From Octopus sinensis (Eukaryota), in the NCBI RefSeq assembly GCF_006345805.1, contig NW_021835129.1, positions 1-42,694 on the forward strand: a stretch of 42,694 nucleotides of DNA. Direction: 5' to 3'. A program made the translations under genes and the position numbers. Under the pieces are notes generated by a model. That model was not told the origin of the DNA, made no database searches, and saw only the letters and a program-made list of their open reading frames with translations. Below, piece after piece: positions 23,233 to 36,441 of this stretch; position 1 is the stretch's first letter; every line of letters begins with the position of its first letter.

Positions 23233-23562
23233 ATTGTATTCTTATTCGTGTAACATCGTCCGTTTTTCCGTCCTTGTTTTGTATACATTCGAGGCTTTCT
23301 TCCAAGGAATCTAATGCGCTTGGCTTAGATTTTCCTTTGGGGCTGGCCAGGTCGGAGCAATCAGATGATCCGGTTCTTGACTGAAGATTGAAGGCTTCGA
23401 ATGTCCCGTCTGTGTTTTTTGTCTCGTCTTCTAAATGTTTTGCGTTCTTGTCCCAGTTTATATTTTCTTACATATATATATATATAGCGGCACCCGTACC
23501 CTTTTGGTCTTATTTATATATCTGTCTATCTATATATCTGTCTGTCTATCTATCTATCTATC

Positions 23563-23642
<80 letters not shown>

Positions 23643-23892
23643 CACATATATACACACACACACATGTATACACTTAAATGCATGCACATATATACATACA
23701 CACGTGTGCCTGTGGGTGTTTGTGCAACCGGTGTTGGTGTGTTTACATCTCTGTAAGCCAGTGGGTCAGCTTAAGGGACTGATAGAATAAGTACCAGGCT
23801 TAAAAGTAATTCCTGGAGTAAATTCATCTGACTAAAATTCTTCCAGCACAGCCACAGTCTAATGACTAAAACAAGTAAAAGGATGAAAGGAG

Positions 23893-23933
<41 letters not shown>

Positions 23934-23935
23934 TC

Positions 23936-24328
23936 AGGAGTGGCTGTGTGGTAAGTAGCTTGCTTACCAACCACATAGTTCCGGGTTCAATCCCACTGCG
24001 TGGCACCTTGTGCAAGTGTCTTCTACTATAGCCTCGGGCCGACCAAAGCCTTGTGAGTGGATCTGGTAGACAGAAACTGAAAGAAGCCCATCGCATCTAT
24101 GTATATATATGTATGTGTGCGTGTGTATTTGTGTGTCTGTGTTTGTCCCCCTAGCATTGCTTGACAACCGATGCTGGTGTGTTTACGTCCCCGTCACTTA
24201 GCGGTTCGGCAAAAGAGACCGATAGAATAAGTACTGCGCTTACAGAGTATAATTCCCGGGGTCGAGTTGCTCGACTAGAGGTGGTGCTCCAGCATGGCCG
24301 CAGTCAAATGACTGAAACAAGTAAAAGA
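23936..24328 (+). mobile_element. SINE family A, near full length
   Basis: High similarity to the other family A copies. Confidence 0.92.
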
Positions 24329-24483
24329 ATATATGTAGCGTCATCTTGTAAATAATGCTGTCTTTTCAGTTGCATGAACTAAAAGTTGGCGGGAGACAGG
24401 ATAACAAAAGCAGGTAGTAATTTTACCATGTACTTATTCTTTGTGCAAGTTTTGAAGAGTTCAGTTATTTTTTCAAAGCTATA

Positions 24484-25396
24484 ATGGAATTGACAAAGGA
24501 ACATATTCAGCATATTTTGCTTTATGAGTTCAATAAAGGCAAACAACGCAACAGAAAGTGCAAGGAATGTTAATGCAGCATACAGCGATCGGACAAGTGT
24601 AATCCAGTGTCAACAGTGGTTCCAGAAATTCTGAGATGGAAACTACAGCCTAGAAAACGAGCCTCACCCTGAAAGATCTGTAGAGGTTGGCGAGGATGTC
24701 CTGCAAAACCTGGTGGAACAAAATCCTGTTGTAATTGTTGAAGAACTAGCAGAGAAGCTTGGATTTGGTCATTCAACCATTCATCGACACCTGTGTGCCT
24801 TCAAAAAAGTCAGCAAATTCAGTCAATGGGTTCCTCACAAAATTTCCGAGTCTAATCGCGTGCAGAGAGTGAATGTGTGCTCTTCTTTGCTGTCACATCT
24901 CATCACTGAACCATTTTTGGACTGAAGAGTGACTGGTGACGAGAAATGGGCTCTCTTCAAAAATGTCAAGCGCCGAAGACAGTGGGTAGGGAAAGGAGAA
25001 ACACTGGTTAAAGAAGGTCTTCACCCTTGTAAGGTGTTGTTATTTGTTTGGTGGGATGTGAAAGGTTTAATCCACTTTGAACTTTTGAACCAAATGATAA
25101 CAAGGGAGATCTACTGTGAGCAGCTTGAGTTGCTTAAGTCAGCACTAGAAGAAAAACGACCATCTTTGGTTTGAAGACGAAAGGTGTTCTTCCATCAGGA
25201 TAATGCTCGGCCATATACAGTGACGATGACATTCTAAAGGCTGGAGCAGTTTGAATGGGAAATGATGCCCCACCCACCATATTTGCTGGACGTCGCCCCA
25301 TCTGATTATCATTTATTCAGCAGTCTTCAGAATCATTTGGACGGAAAAAATATGAATTCTGTAGATGAGGTCAGAACAGTACTGGAAGAGTATTAT
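24484..25396 (+). pseudogene. Mariner transposase pseudogene of a different family, 3'-truncated near a TA tract
   Basis: MELTKEHIQHILLYEFNKG, QWVPHKIS, VTGDEKW, KVLLFVWWD, FFHQDNARP and PHPPYLLDVAPSDYHLF, with multiple stops. Confidence 0.92.
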
Positions 25397-25966
25397 TACA
25401 TATATATATGTTGGTGTCATTAGAATTTTAAGTGTTTGAGAGAATGTGAAATAATTTTATATGGAACTGGATCTCGAAGCATACATATAAACCTATAAAT
25501 AATACCATATTAATATTGGGTTGGATAGAACAAAATCATTGGCTGCCTCTCAGGCTTGAACCTAAGTTACAGAGATGTAGACACACCAACACAGGTTGTC
25601 AAGTGGTGATGGAGGACAAACACTGACACACAGACATACATACATATATGTTGGGCTTCTTTCAGTTTCCATCTACCAAATTTATTCACAAGGCTTTGGT
25701 CAGCCTAAGGTGGGGCTTAAGATTTGGTAAAAAGGTTTTTTAAGGGATTATAATACTATCCATGTATAAGTAAGTCCCATATTTTTTTAACCTAATTTTG
25801 ACAAAAAAAGGGTTTCTTACACACGTTAAAATTAGGTTATATGACATTAGGGTATGATACAGCTTTGCAGCCCCTCATGTCAGACCCTGTCAGACTGTCC
25901 AGCCCATGCCAGCATAGAAAACGGGTATGAAATGATGATGGCGATGACATAAGTACCTGACAACCC

Positions 25967-26132
25967 CAAGGCGGTGTCTCCCTCAAAATTGCTGGCCTTG
26001 TGCCAAAATGTGAAACCATTGTCAAGGCAGTGTCTCCTTCAAAATTGCTGGCTTTGTGCCAAAATGTGAAACCATTGCCAAGGCAGTGTCTCCCTCCAAA
26101 TTGCTGGCCTGGTACCAAAATGTGAAACCATT
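25967..26132. repeat. 56-bp tandem repeat, 3 units
   Basis: Units caaggc.gtgtctcc.tcaaaattgctggc.ttgtgccaaaatgtgaaaccatt start at 25967, 26023 and 26079. Confidence 0.92.
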
Positions 26133-27293
26133 ATTAAAGCTGGTGTACACAAAAAGAAATGACATCTGGTACACACTCAGTGTAAAATGGTTGTTCTCAG
26201 GGAGGGCACAGAGGTGTTGAAATCCGGCCAAATCTGACACTGCTGCCCGATGCAGCAGTGTGACTCACCGGCTACTCTCAGACTGTCCTGCAAATGCCAG
26301 TATAGGTAATGGATTTTAAATCATGATGATTTGATACACACACACACACACTATGTTTTTGTATGTGTGTGTGTGTTTGTGAGCGAGCATGTGTGTGACA
26401 TGGCAGTGCAGGTGATTACGTTGATGTTGATGATGATGATGATGGTGTAGCAAGTCATAAAAGGCGGCAATATGAATTAATGTCCATTTGCCCAAACAGA
26501 CATAGTTGTTGGTAATCCCATTGGTTAAAATTACTGCCCATATACAAATTCTAAACTTTCATCAAAGAAATCTTTCAGAAAATACAGTTCTTAGAATTCG
26601 GATATGAGCAGTTATAAAAACCCTGATTTTTGGGAAATTACTCAGTGTTCGTAGGATTTTACTAAACCCCACGACACTCACAATTGTGATAGTTGGATGT
26701 ACTAAGCTCTACGACACTCTCTCCTTGAGATATTGGCTATTTTTTATGCCATGTCTATGATAAAAATCCAACATGACTTATTTGAATTGTTGTGAACTCT
26801 AGTAGTTAGTACGAAGGATTAGCTAGTGTGAATTTTAAGTCATAATTCTCTGTGACGAAATTACTTTACTTTCAAATTGTATTAAAAATGCTAAATGTAC
26901 ATAAATAAACTAATGTAGTGATTATTTTCTCTTTCTTTACGTTTTTCAACTTGTTAATGAAATTTGTTTCTGCAATTATGAAACTGTGTATTTTTTATAG
27001 CAGTTAAAAGAACACGAATTTATTTATCTTCAACATACATGCACGCATAAAGTGTCCGTTTGCGTTTCAGAGTATATATTTCTCACTATGGTGTTTATGT
27101 AGCTGGAGTCAGGATTTATGTATAAGGATAACACTTATAAGTAAGTGACGGGTTTATCAATATGTATCCCTACTTCAAAAGTAAAATATATTTATTATCT
27201 ATTTCCAAATAGGAAACATATAAAAGTAGTGTTACACAAACAGTAACCGAACGAGGCTATAAAAAGTGTAATGTGTTGTTTGTTTTGTTCCAG

Positions 27294-27340
27294 CATTTGA
27301 AGGAAACAAAGATGTCACTGAGGATCGGAAGGCCGTACAG
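27294..27340 (+). CDS. Putative small host exon (47 nt, phase 1 to 0)
   Basis: ttgttttgttccag|CA TTT GAA..GTA CAG|gtgagc; open frame (S)FEGNKDVTEDRKAVQ; phase fits the 22894 donor; lies in non-repetitive-looking sequence. Confidence 0.6.
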
Positions 27341-27519
27341 GTGAGCGAGTGGACTTTGGTTCTTGAAACATTCCATATTTTATACTGAGATAGTAAACAT
27401 TACATGTGTGTGTGTGCGTGCATGTATACTTACATACGTAAATGTGTGACTTTTGTAGATACTTGTACACACACACACACGCACACTCATATACGTATGT
27501 ATATATGAACACACACACA

Positions 27520-28151
27520 TCTCTATATATATAAAACTGAGAATGTGTGTCTGTCTGTGTGTTTCCTTAAAACTTGAGAACTACACAACCAATTTCATTC
27601 AAATTTTACATATGCCTTACTTAGGGTCCATGTAGTTTCATGGGAAGAAAAAAATGTTCAACTTCTTGCCTAGGGCGAGCCCATAGCAATATCATATCTT
27701 CTCCACTATTTCAGTATTATGTGTTAAAAGTGAAACAAAAACATTTCTCTATTTTATATCAGATACTTTCACTTTAACAATAAAAATAATAATAACAATT
27801 GAATTATATGTAGTAAGTAATAATTAAAATCAAACTTAAGTATAATATAATCGTAACATAACAAAAGTAAAAATAGCAATTGGTATAAAATTGCATCAAT
27901 GATTTGAACTTGAATAAGTGGTTTCACATGAATGGGAATAAATTAAAAATAAAATTAGCGTGCAGAAATGGAATAGTCCTACAATTCCAGTCTGTTATAT
28001 ATTTTCAGTATTGTTATCACTAGCGATATCAAGATATAACTTTGTATTTTGTATTTTATGTGTAGATGTACATGTAATATGTACACATATATATACACAT
28101 ATATACATGCACTAGCACTATGACCCGGCAAAGATGGGTCTTTAATGCTAG
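27520..28151 (+). mobile_element. Non-autonomous Helitron
   Basis: A|TCtctatatatataaaa 5' end; 3' hairpin gaccc..gggtc followed by CTAG|T. Confidence 0.75.
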
Positions 28152-28159
28152 TATATTTA

Positions 28160-29940
28160 TACATTTGGCATGGTTTCTACAGCTGGATGTCCTTCTGAAC
28201 GCCAACCACTCTGAGAGTGTAATGGGTGCTTTTACGTGCCATCAGCACAGGTGCCATTTGTGTGGCACCAGCATCTGCCATGACTGCTATTTTACTTGGC
28301 TTTGTCAATCTTCTTCAAGCACAGCATAATGCCAAAGGTCTTGGTCATTGCTTCTGTGAGGCCCAACGCTCGAAAGGAACTATTCACATGCCACTGGCAT
28401 CAACCACTTTGCCTCCGTGAGGCCCAATGCTTGAAAGATGCATTCTACTTGGTACTGGCACAGGTGCCTGTTATGTGATACCAGCATCATCCACAACGAT
28501 TTCACTTGGCTTGACCGGTCTTCTCAAGCACAGCATATTGACAAAGATCTTGGTCACTAGTCATTGCCTTTGTGAGGCCCAAAGTTTGAAGAGCATGCTT
28601 CACCACCTCGTCACGTCTTCCTGGGTCTACCTCTAACACAGGTTCCCTTCACAGTTAGAGATTGGCACTTCTTTACACAGCTGTCCTCATCCATATGCTT
28701 CACATGACCATACCAGCACAGTCGTCTCTCTTGTACACCACATCTGATGCCTCTTATGCCCAACTTCTCCCTCAAGACGTTGGATCTTTTCGGTTTGAAT
28801 AGCAGTTTTTAACATAATTTCTAGGTAACTAAAAAATTTTAAACTTCGTATACTGGTAGAATGTGTTTATAAAACATCTTTTTCTCTTGGCTTTATAGAG
28901 AAAATTCTATAGTTCGTAAGATATTTGTTGTTTTTTTTTCTTCAATTTCTGCAATTTCAACCAATCAAATACATCTATTGAGTTAAAAAACATTCTGTGC
29001 TGTATGAATATGTCCCTCGTTTAAGAAACAGATTGGGTTTATTTACATTTGTGAAGAAAAAAAGATACCCTTACCCTAACCAACTCTAACTAACCCTAAC
29101 CCTAAAAGAGATTGAAATGCAATAGATTCTAGGGTCATAATTATGGGTGACAATTTCATATGACACCGCTAGAAAAAACTGCCTGTCAAACTGAAAAGAT
29201 CCAAGATGTTTACACTCTGTGAAACATGCACACTGACATTGTTCATCCATTGAAGCCTACTGGCTTCATTTCTTTTCAATGCAACACATGTCCTCGACTG
29301 TCAGAGCCCATGTTTCGCTACCATGTAGCATAGCTGTTCACACACAGGCATCATACAATCTGCCTTTCACTCCAAGGGAGAAGCCCTTTGTTACCAGCAG
29401 AGGTAGGAACTCTCTGGACTTTGCCCAACCCATTCTTATTCTGACTGCTACGCTCTCGGAGCACCCACCTCTACTACTAACTTGGCCACCTAGCTAACAG
29501 AAGCTGTCTGCTACCTCTAGCTTACCCTCCTGCCTTTTGATGGCATCTCTTTTCTGTACATTCTCAATGTATCTTCCACACAAAACGCTATTCTCCCTGT
29601 TAACCTTACTCTGATATTGCTGCACCTCTTATGTGGCCATAGCTTACACCAGGTAAATCTTTTCTACAGATCAAGCAGGGCCATCTACCTGAAGGGATTT
29701 GTGATTTGTCTGCCTTCTTATTTACTAAGACCTTTCAATTCTAGACCTTGCTTCCATACCTGGAATGTCTTCTCTAGTTCTGATAGTGATTCAGCTACAA
29801 GAACATGGTCATCAGCATAGAGGAGCTCCCAGTGGCAGCCTGTCTGAAATTCTTCTGTTATTGCCTGGAGGACTATGATGAATAAGAGGGAGCTGGTAAC
29901 TGATCCTTGGTGGACCCCTACTTGTACCTTGAATTCATAC
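28160..29940 (-). mobile_element. Degraded RTE LINE (RT to 3' UTR) split by a MITE
   Basis: Reverse-complement collinear with ~32755-34350 (VGVHQGS, WELLYADD, DSFC-LGGQVSSRGGCSES). Confidence 0.85.
28782..29202. mobile_element. Merlin-type MITE with internal TAACCC tract; a partial right-end copy lies at ~29940-30013
   Basis: TIRs ggatcttttc.gtttga..gcagtttttt; 8-bp TSD aagacgtt / aagatgtt. Confidence 0.85.
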
Positions 29941-30104
29941 TAGGGTCATAATTATGGGTGACAATTTCATATGACACTGCTAGAAAAAACTGCCGTTCAA
30001 ACTGAAAAGATCCCATTTTTTATTTAACACCCTCCCTGCCTCATAAATCCTAAAATTTCAGCTTCTTTTCAAAATTTGTTTTAATCATAGTTTTTAATTA
30101 CAGG

Positions 30105-31360
30105 CAGTTGAGAAGTTTGACAAGAAGGAGAGAGAACTACAAATCTATAACATAGAGGGCAACTGGGAATTCCTACGGGACAGCTTGCTGAGTGCCACTG
30201 ACCAAAGCTGGTGCAAAGTCCTATCCAGACCGAGGGTGATGTGGAGGTGGAATGATGCTGTAGACAAGGCCATTAGAGCAAAGAGACAGGCCTGGAAGTG
30301 TGGGGTTAGCAGGGAACTGTATCAGATAGCCCGAAGGAAAGCTAGGAGGCAGGTACATTTATCCAGGGAAGTAGCAGAAAAGAAGTTTGCCAATGTTCTG
30401 TGACATGAGGACCAGAGACTTGAAGTGTTTTGGATTGCAAGACAGTGTGTGTGAGAAAATCCTGATGAGTTAGGAGAGAAATGTGTCTGCATGAATGATG
30501 GTTCACTTGCATTTAGTGATTCTGCAAAGAAAGAGGCTTGGAAATACCTTTATGAAAGGCTGCTAAATGTGGAGAATGAATGGGACAAGAGGGAGCTGGT
30601 AACTGATCCTTGGTGGACCCCTACTTGTACCTTGACCCAACAGAGGAACTAGGTATTCAAATTGACAGTAGCCTAGTAGATAAAGCAATTAAGGATACGA
30701 AGACAGAGAAAGCCCCCGGCCCATCAGGAATCACTGCTGAGATACTTAAAATATCTGGTGGAGTAGGATATTAGCTTGGTCACTCATATACTCTTTTACT
30801 TGTTTCAGTCATTTGACTGCGGCCATGCTGGAGCACCGCCTTTAGTCGTGCAAATCGACACTGGGACTTATTCCATGTAAGCCCAGTACTTATTCCATCG
30901 GTCTCTTTTGCCGAACCGCTAAGTGATGGGGACATAAACACACCAGCATCAGTTGTCAAGCAATGCTAGGGGGACAAACATACACACACAAACACACAAA
31001 CACACACACATACACACATATACATATATATACATATATACGACAGGCTTCTTTCAGTTTCCGTCTACCAAATCCACTCACAAGGCATTGGTCGGCTCGG
31101 GGCTATAGTAGAAGACACTTGCCCAAGATGCCACGCAGTGGGACTGAACCCGGAACCATGTGGTTGGTTAGCAAGCTACTTACCACACAGCCACAATGAG
31201 ATTGTCCATGAGGGCGTCATACCTGATGATTGATCTAGCAGCACTGTAGTCAGGTGTTACAAAGGCAAAGGTGATGCCTTAGACAAAAACAATTACAGAG
31301 GCATCAAATTGCTGGACTGGGTGATAAGAGTCACAGAAAAGGTCATAGCTCAATTAATTT
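30105..31360 (+). mobile_element. Degraded RTE LINE (region upstream of RT core), interrupted by SINE A at 30790-31193 (- strand)
   Basis: WRWNDAVDKAIRAKRQAWK, KAPGPSGITAE and YKGKGDALDKNNYRGIKLL; the 3' part is collinear with 32010-32470. Confidence 0.85.
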
Positions 31361-31725
31361 GCTTTCCAACAGCATAATTCCATGTTCAATCCCACTGCAT
31401 GGCACCTTGGGCAAGTGTCTTCTACTATAACCTCAGGCCAACCAAAGCCTTGTGAGTGGATTTGGTGAATGGAAACTGAAAGAAGCCCATTGTATATAAA
31501 TGTGTGTGTGTGTGTGTGCATGCTTTGTGTTTGCTCTGTGCTACCACTTGACTGTTGGTGTTGATGTGTTTACTTCTCTATAACTTAGCTGTTTAGCAAA
31601 AGAAACTGATAGAATAAGCATCAGGCTGGCTTAAAAAAAAGTACCAAGGTCGATTCATTCGACTAAAAATTCCTCGATACAGTCTCTAGCATGGCTGCAG
31701 TCTTGTAACTGAAACAAGTGAAAAA
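31360..31725 (+). mobile_element. Diverged SINE family A copy
   Basis: gttcaatcccactgc.tggcaccttgggcaagtgtc..gaaacaag. Confidence 0.8.
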
Positions 31726-31744
31726 GAAGATATAAATGTGTGTG

Positions 31745-32001
<257 letters not shown>

Positions 32002-32009
32002 AATGTGTC

Positions 32010-34478
32010 TAGGAGAGAAATGTGTCCGCATGGATGATGGGGCACTTGCTTTTAATGTTGGTGAAAAGAAAGAGGCTTGGAGAAGCTATTATGAAAGACT
32101 GTTGAATGTGGAGAATGAATGGGAGGAGGAGAGCCTGCCAAATGTTGATCCAGTAGAGGGACCAGCTATCCAAATAGATAGCTCCCTTGTAGTTAAGGCA
32201 ATTAAGGGTATGAAACCAGGTAAAGCCCCCGGCCCATCGGGAATCACTGCTGAGAGGCTTAAAACAGCAGGTTATGTGGGCTACGGCCTAGTCACCCGTA
32301 TTGTAAACCAGGTAGTTCATAATGGAGTCATACCCAATGACTGGCGTAGCAGCACCATAGTCAACTGCTACAAGGGTAAGGGTGATGCTCTAGATAGAAA
32401 TAACTACAGGGGTTTTAAACTGTTGGACCAGGTGATGAAGGTCACAGAGAGGGTCATAGCCCATCTCATTAGTGAGAGAATTTGCTTAGATGAGATGCAG
32501 TTCGGGATTTTGTGCCGGGTAGAAGCACCACTGATGCTATATTCCTGGTCCGACAACTGCAGGAGAAATACCTAGCTAAAGATAAACCCCTCTACATAGC
32601 TTTTGTGGACTTGGAGAAAGCCTTTGACAGGGTCCCCCGATCCCTTATCTGGTGGTCGATGCGGAAACTGGAGATTGATGAATGGCTAATAAGGGCTGTA
32701 CAGGCCCTATACAGAGAGGCTGTCGGCAAGGTTAGGATTGGCAACGAATATAGTGAAGAATTCCGGGTAGAAGTAGGTGTACACCAAGGCTCAGCTGTCA
32801 GTCCCCTTTTATTCATCATAGTCCTCCAGGCAATAACAGAGGAATTCAAAACAGGTTTCCCCTGGGAGCTCCTTTATGCTGATGACCTGACTCTCATAGC
32901 AGAATCACTACCGGAACTAGAAAAGAAATTTCGGGTGTGGAAACAAGAGTTAGAATCAAAGGGCCTTAGAGTAAATATAGCAAAGATCAAAGTTATAGTA
33001 AGCAGAAAGGCAAACTCAGCACACACCCCATCGGGCAGGTGGCCCTGCTCGATCTGTAGGAAAGGTGTAGGTAGAAACTCCATAAGATGCACCCAGTATA
33101 AGCTATGGACGCATAAGAGGTGCAGCAACATCAAAGGGAAATTAACTGATAAGATAGCTTTCATGTGCGGCAGATGCACAGGGACAATAGACACCACAAA
33201 TACTCAGAAAACAGATTCCATCACACTCCAGGGGGAGAAACTAGAAGTAGTTGATAGTTTCCGCTACCTGGGTGACCAAGTTAGTAGTGGAGGTGGATGC
33301 TCAGAGAGTGTCACCACTAGAATACAAATAGCCTGGGCAAAGTTTAGAAAGCTCCTACCCCTACTGGCGACAAAGGGTCTCTCACTCAGAGTGAAAGTAG
33401 ATTGTATGATGCATGTGTGCGAACTGCCATGCTTCACGGTAGTGAAACATGGGCCGTGACTGTAGAGGACATGCGTTGACTCGAAAGAAATGAAGCTAGC
33501 ATGATCCGCTGGATGTGTAATGTCAGTGTGCATGCACGACAGAGTGTAAGCACCCTGAGAGAAATGCTGGACATAAGAAGCATCAGCTGTGGTATACAAG
33601 AGCGACGCTTGCGATGGTACGGTCATGTACTTCGGATGGATGAGGAGAGATGTGTGAAGAAGTGCCATTCCCAAACAGTTGAAGGAATCAGGGGGAGAGG
33701 TAGACCCAGGAAGACATGGGATGAGGTAGCCAAGCATGACCTCAGAACGTTGGGCCTCATTGAGGCAATGGCGAAGGACCGAGATCTCTGGAGATGTGCT
33801 GTGACTGCAAAGACCCGAGCTGCTTCCTGCACCAGTTCCGCATAGCCCCTGCCCATTCAAAGTACCTTGGATCCCAGAACATCCCGCTGTGCTTGAGGAG
33901 ACCTGTTGAGTCAAGTACATGAACATCGAAACAAATATCAATGGAAATGGTAGATGTGATACCTGTGCCGGTGGCACATAAGAAGCATCATCCGGACGTG
34001 ACTGTTGCCAGCGCCGCTTCGATTGGCTTCTGTGCCGGTGGCACATAAAAAGCACCATCCGAACGTGGCCGATGCCAGCGCCGCTTCTATTGGCTTCTGT
34101 GCCGGTGGCACATAAAAAGCACCATCCGAACGTGGCCGATGCCAGCGCCGCTTCTATTGGCTTCTGTGCCGGTGGCACATAAAAAGCACCATCCGAACGT
34201 GGCCGATGCCAGCGCCGCCCTGGCTGGCTTCCGTGCCGATGTGATCGTGGCCGATGCCAGACTCCTCTGGCACTTGTGCCGGTGTCACGTAAAAAGCACC
34301 CACTACACTCGCGGAGTGGTTGGCATTAGGAAGGGCATCCAGCTGTAGAAACACTGCCAGATCAGACTGGAGCCTGGTGCAGCCCGTGGCTTCCCAGACT
34401 CCGGTCGAACCATCCAACCCGTGCTAGTGCGGAAAACGGACGTTAAACGTTAAATGATGATGATGATGATGATGATGA

Positions 34479-34482
<4 letters not shown>
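32010..34482 (+). mobile_element. 5'-truncated RTE-clade LINE: RT, Cys-rich insert, 3' UTR with 67-bp tandem repeats and (GAT)n tail
   Basis: KAPGPSGI, NYRGFKLL, GRSTTDAIF, AFVDLEKAFDRV, GVHQGS, LLYADD, FRYLG, RRLRWYGHV and RGRGRPRKTW; frameshifts near 32510 and 33400; flanked by TA tracts. Confidence 0.95.
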
Positions 34483-34512
<30 letters not shown>

Positions 34513-36081
34513 CAAATAAGAAAATGGAGAAACAAATTCAGTTTGTTCATCAACTTAATGTTGGATTATTTATTCATTTTACAAATGAGAACATCAAAAG
34601 CATACAAAATATTATATAATACAATAGATAAAATAATAATACAAATAAAATTTCGTTTGTTTTTGATGTTCTCATTTGTAAAATGAATAAATAATCCAAC
34701 ATTACAATATCCGTAAATTGATGAACAAACTAAATTTGTTTCTCCATTTTCTTATTTGTTTTAATAAATATATATATGTATATATATACGAGATGAATTT
34801 GTTTCTCCATTTTCTTATTTGTATTATAAATTTATGGTAAAAATATTTCTTTACCTTCACCCGTTTAATACAGTAAATGACTTAATTGTATTGCAATTAA
34901 AAACATTTATGTAGTAAGAATCTGGGTACTTTACCAACAGTATATTGGATAAATGATATCCCATAGTGGGTTACACCCATAACCCCTATCTTACTTTGTA
35001 TATATATGTATATATATATATCTTATTATAAAAGGCAGATTTTATCTGCCTCCCTTTGTCTCTTATAGAAATCTACAATATAGGATTTCTTCAATTACAA
35101 TTTACCTAGCATTTTAAAGAGTAGAATACATCGGGTCGTGCCAGGTACAGTTTTTCAAATTTCACCCCCAATTAAGCAAAATTTCGAGAAAACTCACAAT
35201 GTGGTGTGTAAGTGAAGTGCTTTTCTTAGTGTGTGCTACAGCACACACACACACACACACAAATGGAGCGAACTGCTTCACTCATGCTATCACCCTAATT
35301 TCTCCTACTTTCTCTTTGCAAGTGTACCTTACAACACTACTCAAAAAAAAAAACAGCAAACAGAAACAAATAAATATATAACGATTTACTCCTCACACAA
35401 TTTCTTCAATTACAGTTTACCTATGATTTTTACAAGTACTTCCATTCGGTCATGCCATACAAAATTTCTTTCAATTTCACCCCCAATTAAGACAAAATTC
35501 GAGAAAACTCAATTTTTTAACATTTCACTCTTTCACTTTGAAGCCTTTACTCTGCCTATTACTCCCACTTCCTCTTTACACACATAGACACGCAAATATA
35601 TAAATAAAATTGTAAGCTAACGTGTGTGTGTGTGTGTGTGTGTGTTGTGTGTGTGTGTGTGTGTGTGTGCGTGTGTGTGTGTGTGAGTGTGTGTGTGTGT
35701 GTGACAGGGATGAGCCATTCAGTCTGGTCATCCCTTTTTGCTAGAAGATCCTCTATGGTCTTATATGCTACACCACTGGTTTTCAGTTCAAGAAGGACTA
35801 TTCATTATAATACATCAGTTCCACACATTTACCCTGGTTCCATTTCGGACAACTGCACAAACATTTGCCATTTCACACATGTATGTAAACAAATTCCTTT
35901 CTTAAAAATTTCAATTCAATTTCTTTTACAATTTACGTTTCTATACACTTTACGCAAATATTTGATTAAACAACTAAAACACTTCACATTTCGAACATGT
36001 ACGTAAACTACTGCCATTCTTGCAAATCTAACTTCATTTTCTTGCATTTAACTCAAATTTCAATACATTTTACACACTCTG

Positions 36082-36441
36082 CTCCATACAAAGTTTTTTA
36101 GGACGAAAATAAGATCTAAAGTTATCTCTAAGTAGTAGGAAGATCGCCCAAAAGTGTATATAGATATTTAAATGTATTTATATATTCATCTATACACAGA
36201 TGTATGTATAACGTATGTGTATATATTTCCATAGAGGTAACCATTCACTCCGCACAAAGTTTTTTAGGACGAAAATAAGATCTAAAGTTATCTCTAAGAA
36301 GCAGAAAGATCGCCCAAAAGTGTATATAGATATTTAAATGTATTTATATATTCATCTATACACACATGTATGTATAATGTGTGTGTATATATTTCCATAG
36401 AGGTAACCATTCACTCCATACAAAGTTTTTTAGGACGAAAA
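36082..36441. repeat. 166-bp tandem repeat (2 units plus a partial), downstream of a Helitron-like start at 35021
   Basis: Units ctcc..acaaagttttt..aggacgaaaat start at 36082, 36248 and 36414; A|TCttattataaaa at 35021. Confidence 0.8.

Noticed and set aside
25967-26132. CRISPR-like appearance of this and the 67-bp arrays
   Set aside because: Contiguous tandem units without unique spacers, no cas genes, eukaryotic context.
33264-34178. 304-aa minus-strand ORF
   Set aside because: Antisense shadow of the RTE ORF and its tandem repeats.
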